Source: Candidatus Arthromitus sp. SFB-rat-Yit (GTDB lineage: Bacteria; Bacillota; Clostridia; Clostridiales; Clostridiaceae). From it: DNA of 32,000 nt. Positions 15,760 through 26,082 of this stretch are shown piece after piece (position 1 is the stretch's first letter; the number at the start of each line of letters is the position of its first letter). Location: positions 570,001 to 602,000 of the forward strand of contig NC_016012.1 in the NCBI RefSeq assembly GCF_000283555.1, read 5' to 3'. The notes beneath the pieces are model-generated. The model had not been told where the DNA came from. It made no database searches and saw only the letters and a program-made list of their open reading frames with translations. A program made the translations under genes and the position numbers.

Positions 15760-17982
15760 ATGAGTGGGTATGCAAAAATAATAATACAATCTATAAGCGA
15801 TAAGTTAGATAGATTTTTTACATATTTAATACCAGATGAAATGGAAAGTGAAATTTCTCTGGGAAATGTTGTGAAAGTACATTTTGGATCTAATAAGAAA
15901 TTAATTTTTGGATTTGTTTTTGAAATATTGTGTGAGGAGGAGTTATCCGAAGAGGATAAAAAATATTTACATAAAATAAAGAGTTTAAATTCCATTGATA
16001 AAAGATTTTGTCTGAATCGGGAATCCATAGAACTTATTAAATATATACGCAATAAATATTTGTCTTCGTATTATGAGGCTATATCCTTATTTATACCGTC
16101 AAAGTTTTTAGATGACATAAATTTGAGAGTTAAGGATTGTTTATATCTGGATTCTAATGTCATTGTACCAGACAGATTTAAAAAAGATATGTATATTAAA
16201 ATAATGGAGTTTGTATTTAATAATCCAAATCTCTATGATAAAAATGAATTGAGTAAAATTAATAACTTTTCAAAGAGTTCTATATCTACTCTAATAAAAC
16301 ATGGAATATTGAAAATTATATCAAAGGAAAAATCCGTAATTTCTTCGATAGAGAATTTAAATTATATAAAAAAATATCTTAACGATGAACAAAAAACAGT
16401 TTATAATGAGATTATACACGGAAGCGAAAAGGTTTTTTTGGTACACGGTGTTACTGGTAGTGGTAAGACAGAGGTTTATTTAAGTATATTTCAAAATTTT
16501 ATTGATAGAGGTTATGATTGTTTAATACTTGTACCAGAAATTTCTCTTACTCCACAGATGATTGATAGAGTAAGGGAGAGATTTGATAATGATGTTGTTG
16601 TATATCATAGCAAGCTAACTGTTACTGAGCGTTTTACTGAATGGCAAAAAATTAATAATGGTAAAGTTAAGGTTGCTATAGGAACACGTTCGGCTCTTTT
16701 TCTTCCCTTTAAGAATTTAGGTTGTATTGTAATCGATGAAGAACATGAGGGTACATATAAATCTGACAGTGATCCAAAGTATTTGGTTAGGGATGTTGCT
16801 GTTAAATACTCTGAATTTAAAGAGGATTTAAAGATTATACTTGGATCGGCTACACCTAGTATAGAATCATATACTTTAGCCATGGAAGGTAAATATAAAC
16901 TTTTGAATATTAAAAATAGAGTTAATAATAGAAGTTTTCCGACTGTTTCTGTTGTTAATATGAAAGATGAACTCAAGTGCGGAAATAAATCTATTTTTAG
17001 TAGAGCTTTGTATGACAAAATAAATGATAGGCTTTCTAAATCTGAGCAAGTAATACTGTTTATCAATAAACGTGGGTTTTCTAGTTTCGTTTCATGTAGA
17101 GCTTGCGGATATGTTTATAAATGTAAGTATTGTGATATAACTTTGACATATCATGGGAATAATAGTCATTTAATATGCCATTATTGTGGATATGCACAGG
17201 CTATGAGTAATATATGCGTTGAATGCGGAAGCAACTATGTTAAACATTTTGGAATTGGGACAGAAAAAGTTGAGTTTATAACTAGAAATATATTTCAAAA
17301 GGCTAAGGTTCTTAGGATGGATTTTGACACTACTAGGAAGAAAAATTCATATTCAAAGTTTTATGATGAGATAAAAAATAAGAATGTTGATATTATAATT
17401 GGAACTCAAATGATTGCCAAAGGATTTGATTTTGAAGATGTGACACTTGTTGGTATTTTGGCAGCAGATTTGAGCATGAATGTTCCTGACTATAAAGCAT
17501 ATGAAAGAACTTTTCAACTTTTGAATCAAGTTTCGGGAAGAGCTGGTAGGGGAAATAAGTCTGGGGAGGTTTGTATACAGACATACAGTCCAGAAAATTA
17601 TGTTATAAGACATTCGATGAATAATGATTATAAATCATTTTATGATGAAGAAATTAAACTTAGAAAAATGTTAAATTATCCACCGTTTACAGATATATTA
17701 AATGTATTATTTCAGGCAAAACATGAAAATTTATATCGTGAATTTCTTGTTCCTTTGTATAAGGAACTCAAGGGAAAATTCGAAATGAAATATCAAATTT
17801 TAGGTCCATCTTATTGTATGATATCAAAAATAAATGATTATTATAGGTGGCAGATTATTTTCAAAGGAGATCAAGACGAGGAAATTTATAATGAAATAAA
17901 AACTTTAATTAATAATAGGTTAAGTGAAGTTAAATTTGAATATAAGATAAGTTTTGATGTAAATCCATATTCAATATTTTAA
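15760..17982 (+). CDS. priA: Primosomal replication restart helicase PriA
   Basis: Walker A GVTGSGKTEVY. DEEH box VIDEEHE. Cys-rich Zn-binding region CRACGYVYKCKYCDITLTYHGNNSHLICHYCG...CVECGS. GGAG sits 5 nt before ATG 15760. Alternative start at 15748. Confidence 0.93.
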   Translation: MSGYAKIIIQSISDKLDRFFTYLIPDEMESEISLGNVVKVHFGSNKKLIFGFVFEILCEEELSEEDKKYLHKIKSLNSIDKRFCLNRESIELIKYIRNKYLSSYYEAISLFIPSKFLDDINLRVKDCLYLDSNVIVPDRFKKDMYIKIMEFVFNNPNLYDKNELSKINNFSKSSISTLIKHGILKIISKEKSVISSIENLNYIKKYLNDEQKTVYNEIIHGSEKVFLVHGVTGSGKTEVYLSIFQNFIDRGYDCLILVPEISLTPQMIDRVRERFDNDVVVYHSKLTVTERFTEWQKINNGKVKVAIGTRSALFLPFKNLGCIVIDEEHEGTYKSDSDPKYLVRDVAVKYSEFKEDLKIILGSATPSIESYTLAMEGKYKLLNIKNRVNNRSFPTVSVVNMKDELKCGNKSIFSRALYDKINDRLSKSEQVILFINKRGFSSFVSCRACGYVYKCKYCDITLTYHGNNSHLICHYCGYAQAMSNICVECGSNYVKHFGIGTEKVEFITRNIFQKAKVLRMDFDTTRKKNSYSKFYDEIKNKNVDIIIGTQMIAKGFDFEDVTLVGILAADLSMNVPDYKAYERTFQLLNQVSGRAGRGNKSGEVCIQTYSPENYVIRHSMNNDYKSFYDEEIKLRKMLNYPPFTDILNVLFQAKHENLYREFLVPLYKELKGKFEMKYQILGPSYCMISKINDYYRWQIIFKGDQDEEIYNEIKTLINNRLSEVKFEYKISFDVNPYSIF

Positions 17983-17995
17983 GGAGGAAAATTAA

Positions 17996-18442
17996 ATGGC
18001 ATTAAGACAAATAAGGATTGATGGAGATGAAATTTTAAGAAAGATAAGTAAGAAAGTAGATGTAATAGATGACAATCTAAAACAATTAGTTGAAGATATG
18101 TTTGAAACTATGTATTACGCTGATGGGGTTGGATTAGCAGCACCACAGATTGGGATATTAAAAAGAATAATAGTTATTGATATAGAAGTTATAAAAAAAG
18201 TTATGATAAACCCAGAAATAATCTCCGAAAGTACAAGTGAAACGCAAGATGGACCTGAAGGGTGTTTAAGTATTCCTGGTATTGAGGATAATGTAAGACG
18301 TCCAAAAGTTTTAACAGTTAGATATATGAATTTAGATGGGGAAATTGTAACGGAAGAGGCTAGAGATTTATATGCACGGGTTATTTGTCATGAAGTAGAC
18401 CATCTAAATGGAATTTTATTTACCGATAAAGTTTTGAAATAA
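17996..18442 (+). CDS. def: Peptide deformylase
   Basis: GLAAPQIG, EGCLSIPG and HEVDHLNG motifs. Confidence 0.95.
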   Translation: MALRQIRIDGDEILRKISKKVDVIDDNLKQLVEDMFETMYYADGVGLAAPQIGILKRIIVIDIEVIKKVMINPEIISESTSETQDGPEGCLSIPGIEDNVRRPKVLTVRYMNLDGEIVTEEARDLYARVICHEVDHLNGILFTDKVLK

Positions 18443-18449
18443 AAAGAAG

Positions 18450-19412
18450 GTGTTTGATTTGGGCAAAGATAAATTTAATGTATTATTTATGGGAACGCCA
18501 GAATTTGCAGTTGATACACTTGAGATGCTTGTGAATAACCATAATGTTTTAGGAGTTGTAACTCAACCAGACAAACCTCAAGGTAGAGGATATAAATTAA
18601 AATCATCACCTGTTAAGGAGATTGCTTTAAAATATAATTTAGATGTATATCAGCCTGACAAAATTAAAGGCAATATTGATTTTATTGATAAAATTAAGAG
18701 TATGGATTTGGATTTAATAATTGTTGTTGCGTATGGTAAAATATTACCATCAGATATTTTAAATATACCTAAGTTTGGATGTATAAATTCGCATGCTTCT
18801 TTATTACCAAGACATAGAGGAGCAGCACCAATTAATTTTTCTATAATATCTGGGGATAATAAAGGCGGAATAACTACTATGTTTATGGATGAAGGATTGG
18901 ATACTGGCGATATAATCGAAAAATATGAAGTAAAAATTGATGAAAATATGACAGCAGGTCAATTGCATGATAAATTAAAGGTTATAAGTTCTGAGGGAAT
19001 GAAAGACACACTTAAAAAAATAAAAAATGGAACTATAAGAAGACAAAAACAGGATGATTCGCAAAGCACATATGCTCCAATGCTTACAAAGGAATTTGGA
19101 CATATTGATTTTTCAAAATCCGCAAAGGATATAGTTAATTTAATAAGAGGATTAAATCCATGGCCTGTTGCATATTGTTTATATGAAGAAAAAAAAATAA
19201 AGATATATGAAGCAAAAAATGTTTCGTTTACTGAAGATAAGTATAAGAATTCAGATTATGGACAAATAGTAAAAGTAGATGATGAGGGTATTTTAGTTAA
19301 ATGTGGCCGAGGATTCATTTTGATAACTATAATACAATTTGAAAGTAAAAAAGTTATGTCTATTAAATCTTTCTTAAATGGTAATATTATAAATAAAGTT
19401 AAGTTAAATTAA
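18450..19412 (+). CDS. fmt: Methionyl-tRNA formyltransferase
   Basis: FMGTPEFAV N-terminus and the HASLLPRHRGAAPI motif. Non-ATG start, either GTG 18450 or TTG 18459. Confidence 0.93.
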   Translation: MFDLGKDKFNVLFMGTPEFAVDTLEMLVNNHNVLGVVTQPDKPQGRGYKLKSSPVKEIALKYNLDVYQPDKIKGNIDFIDKIKSMDLDLIIVVAYGKILPSDILNIPKFGCINSHASLLPRHRGAAPINFSIISGDNKGGITTMFMDEGLDTGDIIEKYEVKIDENMTAGQLHDKLKVISSEGMKDTLKKIKNGTIRRQKQDDSQSTYAPMLTKEFGHIDFSKSAKDIVNLIRGLNPWPVAYCLYEEKKIKIYEAKNVSFTEDKYKNSDYGQIVKVDDEGILVKCGRGFILITIIQFESKKVMSIKSFLNGNIINKVKLN

Positions 19413-19424
19413 GGAGTGATTTAA

Positions 19425-20105
19425 ATGTTTTATTTTGATAGGACAATAATTTTGCTAATACCAGCAATAATTGTTAGTGTAATTGCTCAAATTAAAATCT
19501 CATCTTCGTATAATAAATATTCTAAAGTTACTAATCAACATGGGATTACAGGAGAACAAGTTGCTCTCGAAATTTTGAGATCAAATGGAATTTACGATGT
19601 TGAGGTTGAAATGGTTAATGGTCAAATGACAGATCATTATGATCCTAGAGCTAAAAAATTAAGGTTGTCACGTGATGTTTATTTTGGAACATCTATAGCA
19701 GCAGTTGGAATTGCGGCTCATGAGGTTGGTCACGCGATACAACATAATACTAATTATGTTCCTTTGATTTTGAGAAATTCAATTGTTCCAGCTGTTAATT
19801 TTGGAGCTGGGTTTTCTTGGATATTATTTTTACTTGGATTAATAATGAGTATAAAACCATTACTTACTATTGGTATAGCTTTATTTTCACTTACGGTTAT
19901 ATTTCAATTAATAACACTTCCTGTTGAATTTAACGCTTCAAATAGAGCGATAAAATCAATTAAAAATATGGGGTTATTAGTTGGAAGTGAAATTAATGGC
20001 GCGAAAAATGTTTTGTCATCAGCAGCATTAACATATGTAGCAGCGGCTTTAATGTCAGTCATGAGTTTGCTTAGACTTATAGTATTAGCAAGGGGAGATG
20101 AATGA
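19425..20105 (+). CDS. Membrane zinc metallopeptidase (YugP / Zn_peptidase_2 family)
   Basis: HEVGHAIQH zinc motif. N-terminal TM plus C-terminal TM segments. 226 aa. ATGA overlap with rsmB. Confidence 0.8.
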   Translation: MFYFDRTIILLIPAIIVSVIAQIKISSSYNKYSKVTNQHGITGEQVALEILRSNGIYDVEVEMVNGQMTDHYDPRAKKLRLSRDVYFGTSIAAVGIAAHEVGHAIQHNTNYVPLILRNSIVPAVNFGAGFSWILFLLGLIMSIKPLLTIGIALFSLTVIFQLITLPVEFNASNRAIKSIKNMGLLVGSEINGAKNVLSSAALTYVAAALMSVMSLLRLIVLARGDE

Positions 20106-21409
20106 TAAATAATTTAAGATATGATTGTGTTATTATACTTAATAATGTTTTAAACGGTGGAGCTTATTCGAATATTACACTTAAGGATTATTTAGATAAA
20201 TCAGATTTGAAATATATAGATAAGAAGTTAGTTACAGAGATTGTATATGGTACAATACGTTATAAGTTAACTATCGATGGTATATTAAGTAAGTTTGTTA
20301 AGAAACTTGATCAAAATGATATTTCAACTATTATTCTTAGAAGTGCAATTTATCAGCTTAAATATCTTGATAAGATTCCTGAATATTCTGTTTTAAATGA
20401 AAGTGTGGAAGTTGCTAAAAAATTATGTAGGAATAAGAGTGGATTTGTTAATGGAGTTTTAAGAAGTTATTTAAGAAATAAGAAGCTCATTGATGGTTAT
20501 AAGAATACTCTGCAATATGAGTATTCTTTTTCTTCATGGATGATAAAGTTATTTAAAGATCAGTATTCTAAAAATTATATAAGTTTGATGGAAGCTTTAA
20601 ATAAAAGAAGTGAAACTTGTTATAGAGTTAATTCTAAAATTATTTCCAAGAAGGATTTTATAGAAAAGTTTGGAGATGAATTTAAAATTGAGGATATTGA
20701 TGGATTTAAAAACGCTATAAAGATTAAGTCGCTAATTAATATATCTCAATCAGAATTATACAAAAATAGTTTTATTAGTGTTCAAGGTTTGAGTTCTCAG
20801 GTAGCTTGTGAAATATTAAATCCTATTGAGGATGATGTGATTATTGATTTATGTGCAGCACCTGGAGGTAAATCTACATATATTGCTGAACTTTCAAAAG
20901 ATAAGTGCAAGATAATTTCTTGTGATGTTTATGATCATAGAATAGAGTTGATTAAAAATAGTGCAAGAAGATTAAAACTCAATTCCATAGATTATTTTAT
21001 AAATGATGCTACTATTTTGAATGAAAAGTTTATTGATAAAGCAGATAAGGTTTTAGTTGATGCTCCATGTTCGGGGTTAGGAGTTATTAACAAGAAACCT
21101 GAAATAAAATGGTTTAAAAATATTTCTGATTTGAAAGAAATTATTAATATACAGAGAAAAATTATTCTGAATGCATCAAGATATGTTAAATCAAGCGGTG
21201 TTTTAATGTATACTACATGTACTCTCAATAAAAATGAAAATGAAGAAATAATCAAATGGTTTTTGAGAAGTAATAGTGATTTTGTCGTGGAAGAAATTGA
21301 AGATTATCATTTTGGAAATTTGTATTTTGAAAATGAGAATGGAATGGTTACTATTTTTCCAAGTGAAGTTAATAATGGATTTTTTATAACTAAATTAAGA
21401 AAAAATTAA
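20102..21409 (+). CDS. rsmB: 16S rRNA (cytosine967-C5)-methyltransferase RsmB/Sun
   Basis: NusB-like N-domain. SAM site DLCAAPGGKS. DAPCSG and TCTL catalytic Cys motifs. Confidence 0.9.
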   Translation: MINNLRYDCVIILNNVLNGGAYSNITLKDYLDKSDLKYIDKKLVTEIVYGTIRYKLTIDGILSKFVKKLDQNDISTIILRSAIYQLKYLDKIPEYSVLNESVEVAKKLCRNKSGFVNGVLRSYLRNKKLIDGYKNTLQYEYSFSSWMIKLFKDQYSKNYISLMEALNKRSETCYRVNSKIISKKDFIEKFGDEFKIEDIDGFKNAIKIKSLINISQSELYKNSFISVQGLSSQVACEILNPIEDDVIIDLCAAPGGKSTYIAELSKDKCKIISCDVYDHRIELIKNSARRLKLNSIDYFINDATILNEKFIDKADKVLVDAPCSGLGVINKKPEIKWFKNISDLKEIINIQRKIILNASRYVKSSGVLMYTTCTLNKNENEEIIKWFLRSNSDFVVEEIEDYHFGNLYFENENGMVTIFPSEVNNGFFITKLRKN

Positions 21410-21418
21410 GAGGATTAT

Positions 21419-22429
21419 ATGTTAAATGTATTGAATTTTAAATGTGATGGACTTAGAAAATATTTAGAGGAAAATAAATTTAGAGGATTTAAAGCGAATC
21501 AAATAATAGATTGGATTTATAATAAGAAGGTTTTTGATTTTAATGAGATGACAAATCTTAGTAATGTAGAAAGAAAACAATTTAATGACATCTTAAAGAT
21601 TGAGTTACCATTAATTGAAAAAGTTCAAAAGTCAAAGGATGGAACAGTTAAGTTTTTATTAAAATTAGTTGATGGAAATTTAATAGAATGTGTGTTTATG
21701 ATGTATGAATATGGAAATACTATTTGTATTTCTACTCAAGTTGGTTGTGCTATGGGGTGTAAATTTTGTGCATCTACCGTAAATGGGTTTCTAAGAAATT
21801 TGGAATTGTGTGAGCTTATGGGTCAGATTTTAGTTGTTGAGAAATATACGAGGAAGAAAATAAATCGTATAGTTCTTATGGGTACTGGTGAACCATTGTA
21901 TAATTACGAAAATGTAGTAACGTTTATACATGAAATGAAAAGCAAGATGGGAATGAGTAATAGACATATAACTTTGTCTACTTGCGGAATAGTACCTAAA
22001 ATTTATGATTTAGCGAAAGAAGATTTGAATATAAATCTTGCTATATCATTGCACGCTGTTAGTGATGATAAGCGTAAGACTATAATGCCCATAGCAAATA
22101 AATACTCCATAGATCAGTTGATCGAAGCGTGTTTGGATTATTTTGATAAAACTAAAAGGAGGATATCTTTTGAGTATCTTCTTATAAATGGTATTAATGA
22201 TGGCGAAGATGATGCTAAATCATTAGTTTCATTGTGTAAGAGAAGTAAGGCACACGTTAATTTAATACCAGTTAATGAAATAAACGAAAATGATTTTAAG
22301 GAGTCTAAGAGATTAAAAGAGTTTTATAATTATTTGTTGGATTCAGGTGTAAATGCAACAATGAGACAGAAAAAGGGAGTAGATATAGATGCAGCATGTG
22401 GTCAGCTTAGATTGAGTTATAGTAAGTAG
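21419..22429 (+). CDS. rlmN: 23S rRNA/tRNA adenine-C2 methyltransferase RlmN (radical SAM)
   Basis: CAMGCKFCAS radical-SAM cluster motif, MGTGEPL, and C-terminal ...DIDAACGQL. Confidence 0.93.
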   Translation: MLNVLNFKCDGLRKYLEENKFRGFKANQIIDWIYNKKVFDFNEMTNLSNVERKQFNDILKIELPLIEKVQKSKDGTVKFLLKLVDGNLIECVFMMYEYGNTICISTQVGCAMGCKFCASTVNGFLRNLELCELMGQILVVEKYTRKKINRIVLMGTGEPLYNYENVVTFIHEMKSKMGMSNRHITLSTCGIVPKIYDLAKEDLNINLAISLHAVSDDKRKTIMPIANKYSIDQLIEACLDYFDKTKRRISFEYLLINGINDGEDDAKSLVSLCKRSKAHVNLIPVNEINENDFKESKRLKEFYNYLLDSGVNATMRQKKGVDIDAACGQLRLSYSK

Positions 22430-22443
22430 GGGGATATTCTATA

Positions 22444-23175
22444 ATGGTTGGAGCTATGAGTGATATAGGTAATCTTAGAGTTGTTAATGAGGATTATTTA
22501 GATTATTATATATGTGATAGTTATCAATTGTATATTATTGCTGACGGCATGGGAGGGCATAATGCTGGTGACATTGCTAGCAAGATATGTGTTCGAATGA
22601 TTAAAGAGTACATAATAAATGAATATTTTGATGGTATTGATTTGGAATTGCTTTTGAAGAATGCAGTTCAATTTGCAAATAGAGAAATCTATTTTAAGTC
22701 TTTGGAAAATAAGAAGTATAAGGGAATGGGTACTACACTTACTCTTTCTCTCGTTCGGGGTAATAAAATTTATATTGTTAACGTTGGAGATAGTTGTTTT
22801 TTCTCTATAGATGGTAGAGAGATAACGAAGATAACTAAGGATCATTCATTTGTGCAACAATTAATAGATAATGGTTTGTTAAGTCAAGATGAAGCGAAGG
22901 ATTATCCAAATAGAAATATTATAACTAGATCTATTGGGATTAATGTTAGTGTGGAAATAGATATGTTTATTATAAATAATGATAAAAATTTTTATTTGTT
23001 GTGTACAGATGGATTAATAAATGAGATGAATCAAGATGAAATAGTTCCATATATAGAAAACAATAAGAATGATTTGTATAAAGCATGTAATGATTTGATT
23101 ACTTTAGCTAAAGAAAGAGGAGGCAGAGATAACGTATCTCTAATAATTTTTGGAGGCACTAGCAATGATAGGTAA
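22444..23175 (+). CDS. prpC: PP2C-family Ser/Thr protein phosphatase (PrpC/Stp)
   Basis: ADGMGGH, GMGTT, VGDS and CTDGL motifs, with ERGGRDNVS at the C-terminus. Overlaps the prkC start by 11 nt. Confidence 0.9.
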   Translation: MVGAMSDIGNLRVVNEDYLDYYICDSYQLYIIADGMGGHNAGDIASKICVRMIKEYIINEYFDGIDLELLLKNAVQFANREIYFKSLENKKYKGMGTTLTLSLVRGNKIYIVNVGDSCFFSIDGREITKITKDHSFVQQLIDNGLLSQDEAKDYPNRNIITRSIGINVSVEIDMFIINNDKNFYLLCTDGLINEMNQDEIVPYIENNKNDLYKACNDLITLAKERGGRDNVSLIIFGGTSNDR

Positions 23176-25060
23176 GGTAATAGGTGGTAGGTATGAAATA
23201 ATAGAAAAACTTGGCGAAGGTGGCATGGCAAATGTATACAAAGCTAAGTGTAGAATATTAAAGAGATTTATTACAATTAAAATTCTTAAACAGGAACTCA
23301 TTAATGATGAAGAATTTGTACGTAAGTTTAAGGATGAGGCAATGGAAGTTGCTAAGTTATCTGACAATAATATAGTAAAAGTTTATGATATAGGTGTTGA
23401 AGATAATTTTCATTATATTGTAATGGAATATATAGATGGAAAGACTTTGAAAGAGCACATAAGCGAAAAGGGAGTGCTTTCCATTAAAGAAGCATTGGAT
23501 TTTAGTATACAAATTTGTAATGGGTTAGTTATTGCTCACGATATAGAATTAATACATAGGGACATAAAGTCTCAAAATATTTTGGTTTCTAATTATGGCA
23601 ATATAAAAGTAACTGACTTTGGAATAGCGAAGTCATCTGATTCTGCCACGATCACTAATTCGGGAAAGATATTAGGGTCGGCATATTACATATCTCCAGA
23701 GCAAGCTCGTGGTAATTTCGTAGATTGTAGAAGTGATATTTATTCTTTTGGTGTTGTGATGTATGAAATGTTTACTGGAAGACTCCCATTTACTCATGGT
23801 ACGCCAGTTAATGTTGCGTTGCAGCATATACAGGTAGATCCAATTGAACCTATGGATATAGTTAAAAAATTACCTATTGGAATAAATAATCTCATAATAA
23901 AATGTCTTCAAAAAAATCCGGCATTGAGGTATCAGAGTGCTAAGGAATTAAGAGATGATTTAAAGGCTCTACAAAATAACAAAAAACATTTTGTTACAAG
24001 ATGCAATATGGTAGATAAAACTACAGTTATGTCTGCAGTTACACCACAGATACAAAATAAGACAAATGATAGTAAAATATTTAAAAATCTTGTTATTGTT
24101 CTTTGCTCTATACTTGCTTTCATTATTCTAATACTGATTTTTAATAGAGGTTTATTGGGAAAACCTTCAAGTAATATTACGGTTCCTTCGTTTTTAGGAA
24201 AGACAGGGGTTCAATATGAACAAGAATTGGAAAAATTAGGTTTAAATTATAAAATTTCTGGATATGTTACTAGTGATTTAGAGAAGAATTTTGTGGTAGA
24301 TACTTATCCAAAAGAGGGTACAGTAGTTAGAAAAGGTGATACTGTTAAAGCGATATTAAGTGAAGGTGTGGAATTAATAAAGGTTCCTAATGTTATTAAT
24401 ATGACTATAGAAAGAGCAAGATTAATTTTACAGAGAGAAGGACTTATTATTGGAAATATAGAAGAAAGATTTAGTGATGTATATGAACGTGGTGTAATAA
24501 TGATTCAGAATCCGAGTCCAGGTTCTCAAATAAATAAAAACGAAACTGTGTCTATCGTTATAAGTAGAGGATCTGAAACTTCACTCGTTACTGTTCCGCA
24601 GTTTGTAGGCAAAGATATAGTTGAAGCTCAGAATTTAGCTGTTTTAAGCGGAATTAATATAAAATTGAAATCAATAGATACAGAAGTACAGGATAATGAC
24701 AAAAAAATATTTTATCAATCTGTTCCGGATGGGATTGAAATCAAACCAACAGTTGAAATTGAATTAAGTTATTATAATTATGTGAAGAAGCAAGTGCTTG
24801 ATGATGCTAATACTTCTGATAAAGATACAAATATAAATGAAAATAACAATATAAAAGATGACCCTATTAATGATACTGATGATAATAAAAATAACACTGA
24901 AGAAAATAATGTAAATAATTCAAGTACGAATAAGTTAAATACAGAAGGTTCAAATGTAGATAAAAAAGATGATATTATTGATGAAAATATGAGTAAAGAG
25001 GATAACGTGAATCAAACAGAGGGGAATGACATTGTTAATTCTACAATTGAAGTTGATTAG
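23165..25060 (+). CDS. prkC: Ser/Thr protein kinase PrkC with TM segment, three PASTA repeats and N/D-rich tail
   Basis: GEGGMANVYKA, HRDIKSQNIL, DFGIA and SPEQ motifs. TM segment LVIVLCSILAFIILILIF. Three V-P-x-[FV] PASTA starts (ITVPSFLGK, IKVPNVINM, VTVPQFVGK). GGAGG sits 8 nt before ATG 23165. Confidence 0.93.
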   Translation: MIGKVIGGRYEIIEKLGEGGMANVYKAKCRILKRFITIKILKQELINDEEFVRKFKDEAMEVAKLSDNNIVKVYDIGVEDNFHYIVMEYIDGKTLKEHISEKGVLSIKEALDFSIQICNGLVIAHDIELIHRDIKSQNILVSNYGNIKVTDFGIAKSSDSATITNSGKILGSAYYISPEQARGNFVDCRSDIYSFGVVMYEMFTGRLPFTHGTPVNVALQHIQVDPIEPMDIVKKLPIGINNLIIKCLQKNPALRYQSAKELRDDLKALQNNKKHFVTRCNMVDKTTVMSAVTPQIQNKTNDSKIFKNLVIVLCSILAFIILILIFNRGLLGKPSSNITVPSFLGKTGVQYEQELEKLGLNYKISGYVTSDLEKNFVVDTYPKEGTVVRKGDTVKAILSEGVELIKVPNVINMTIERARLILQREGLIIGNIEERFSDVYERGVIMIQNPSPGSQINKNETVSIVISRGSETSLVTVPQFVGKDIVEAQNLAVLSGINIKLKSIDTEVQDNDKKIFYQSVPDGIEIKPTVEIELSYYNYVKKQVLDDANTSDKDTNINENNNIKDDPINDTDDNKNNTEENNVNNSSTNKLNTEGSNVDKKDDIIDENMSKEDNVNQTEGNDIVNSTIEVD

Positions 25061-25111
25061 TTTGAAGTGAATTAATTTTAGGGTTTTAATAAGTGTATTG
25101 ATATTTAGTTT

Positions 25112-25158
25112 ATAGCTTTTTAAAAATTTATATTTAAATTTTTAAAGGCTATTTTTTA
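25112..25158 (+). terminator. Long AT-rich hairpin plus T-run after prkC
   Basis: ATAGCTTTTTAAAAATTTA pairs with TAAATTTTTAAAGGCTAT (a few mismatches), followed by TTTTTT. Confidence 0.55.
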
Positions 25159-25189
25159 ATGATTAAATTTATTGATAAGGAACTGAGGT

Positions 25190-26077
25190 ATGGTTGAAAT
25201 TGAAGGAATTATAGCAAAAGCTATAGATGGGTTTTATTATATATTAGTTAATAAAGAGGAGTATTGTTGTAGATCTAGGAAAAAATTTAGATTTAAAGAA
25301 ATTGAACCTAAAGTGGGAGATAAGGTAACTATAAAGATAATTGATTTTGAAAAAAGAGAAGGGGTTATCGAAAAAATTCACGAAAGAACTTCGGACTTTA
25401 TAAGACCACAAATTTCAAATGTTACACAAGTGTTTATAGTGTTAGCATATCTTGAGCCTAAAGTTAATCTTGAAATGTTGAACAAAATGCTTATTAATTT
25501 TGAGGTTGAGGGAGTCAAAACTAATATAATAATTAATAAATGTGATTTACATGGAGAAGAAGATGATAGAGAAGTTAATGAATTATTTAAAAGTTTCCCT
25601 TATGATGTGATTAAGGTAAGTGTAAAGGATAGAATTAACATAAATACTATAAAAAATAAATTACATAATAATATAAGTTGTTTTTGTGGGGCATCTGGGG
25701 TTGGGAAATCAAGTTTGCTAAATGAAATTGTATCGAAAAATATAATGGATATTTCAACATTGAGTCAAAAAATTAAAAGGGGTAAACATACGACGAGATT
25801 TTCTCAATTGATATATATTGATGAGTTAGATGGATATTTAATTGATACTCCAGGATTTACCTCTGTGAGTATTTCGAAAAATATAGGTATGGATGATTTG
25901 AAGGAATACTTTATTGAGTTTATGGATTATTATGAGGGCTGTAAGTTTAGAGGCTGTAGACATATTAATGAGGCTCAGTGCAATGTAAAGAAAGCTGTTC
26001 AACATGGTAAGATAAATGAAATGAGGTACGAAATGTATGTAAGATTTTACAACAAATTTAACCAAAAGGAGAAGTAA
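25190..26077 (+). CDS. rsgA: Ribosome small-subunit biogenesis GTPase RsgA (CpgA/YloQ)
   Basis: Circularly permuted GTPase motifs: NKCD precedes GASGVGKSSLLN. C-terminal zinc knuckle CKFRGCRHINEAQC. Confidence 0.92.
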   Translation: MVEIEGIIAKAIDGFYYILVNKEEYCCRSRKKFRFKEIEPKVGDKVTIKIIDFEKREGVIEKIHERTSDFIRPQISNVTQVFIVLAYLEPKVNLEMLNKMLINFEVEGVKTNIIINKCDLHGEEDDREVNELFKSFPYDVIKVSVKDRININTIKNKLHNNISCFCGASGVGKSSLLNEIVSKNIMDISTLSQKIKRGKHTTRFSQLIYIDELDGYLIDTPGFTSVSISKNIGMDDLKEYFIEFMDYYEGCKFRGCRHINEAQCNVKKAVQHGKINEMRYEMYVRFYNKFNQKEK

Positions 26078-26082
26078 TTGTA

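Noticed and set aside
16605-17066. 153-aa - strand ORF inside priA (also 17353-17613 and 17393-17584)
   Set aside because: It is antisense to the helicase core of PriA, whose Walker A, DEEH and Zn-finger motifs validate the + frame. There is no independent support.
23031-23367. Two - strand ORFs (66 and 75 aa) across the PP2C/prkC junction
   Set aside because: They are antisense to two well-supported overlapping genes and lack translation signals.
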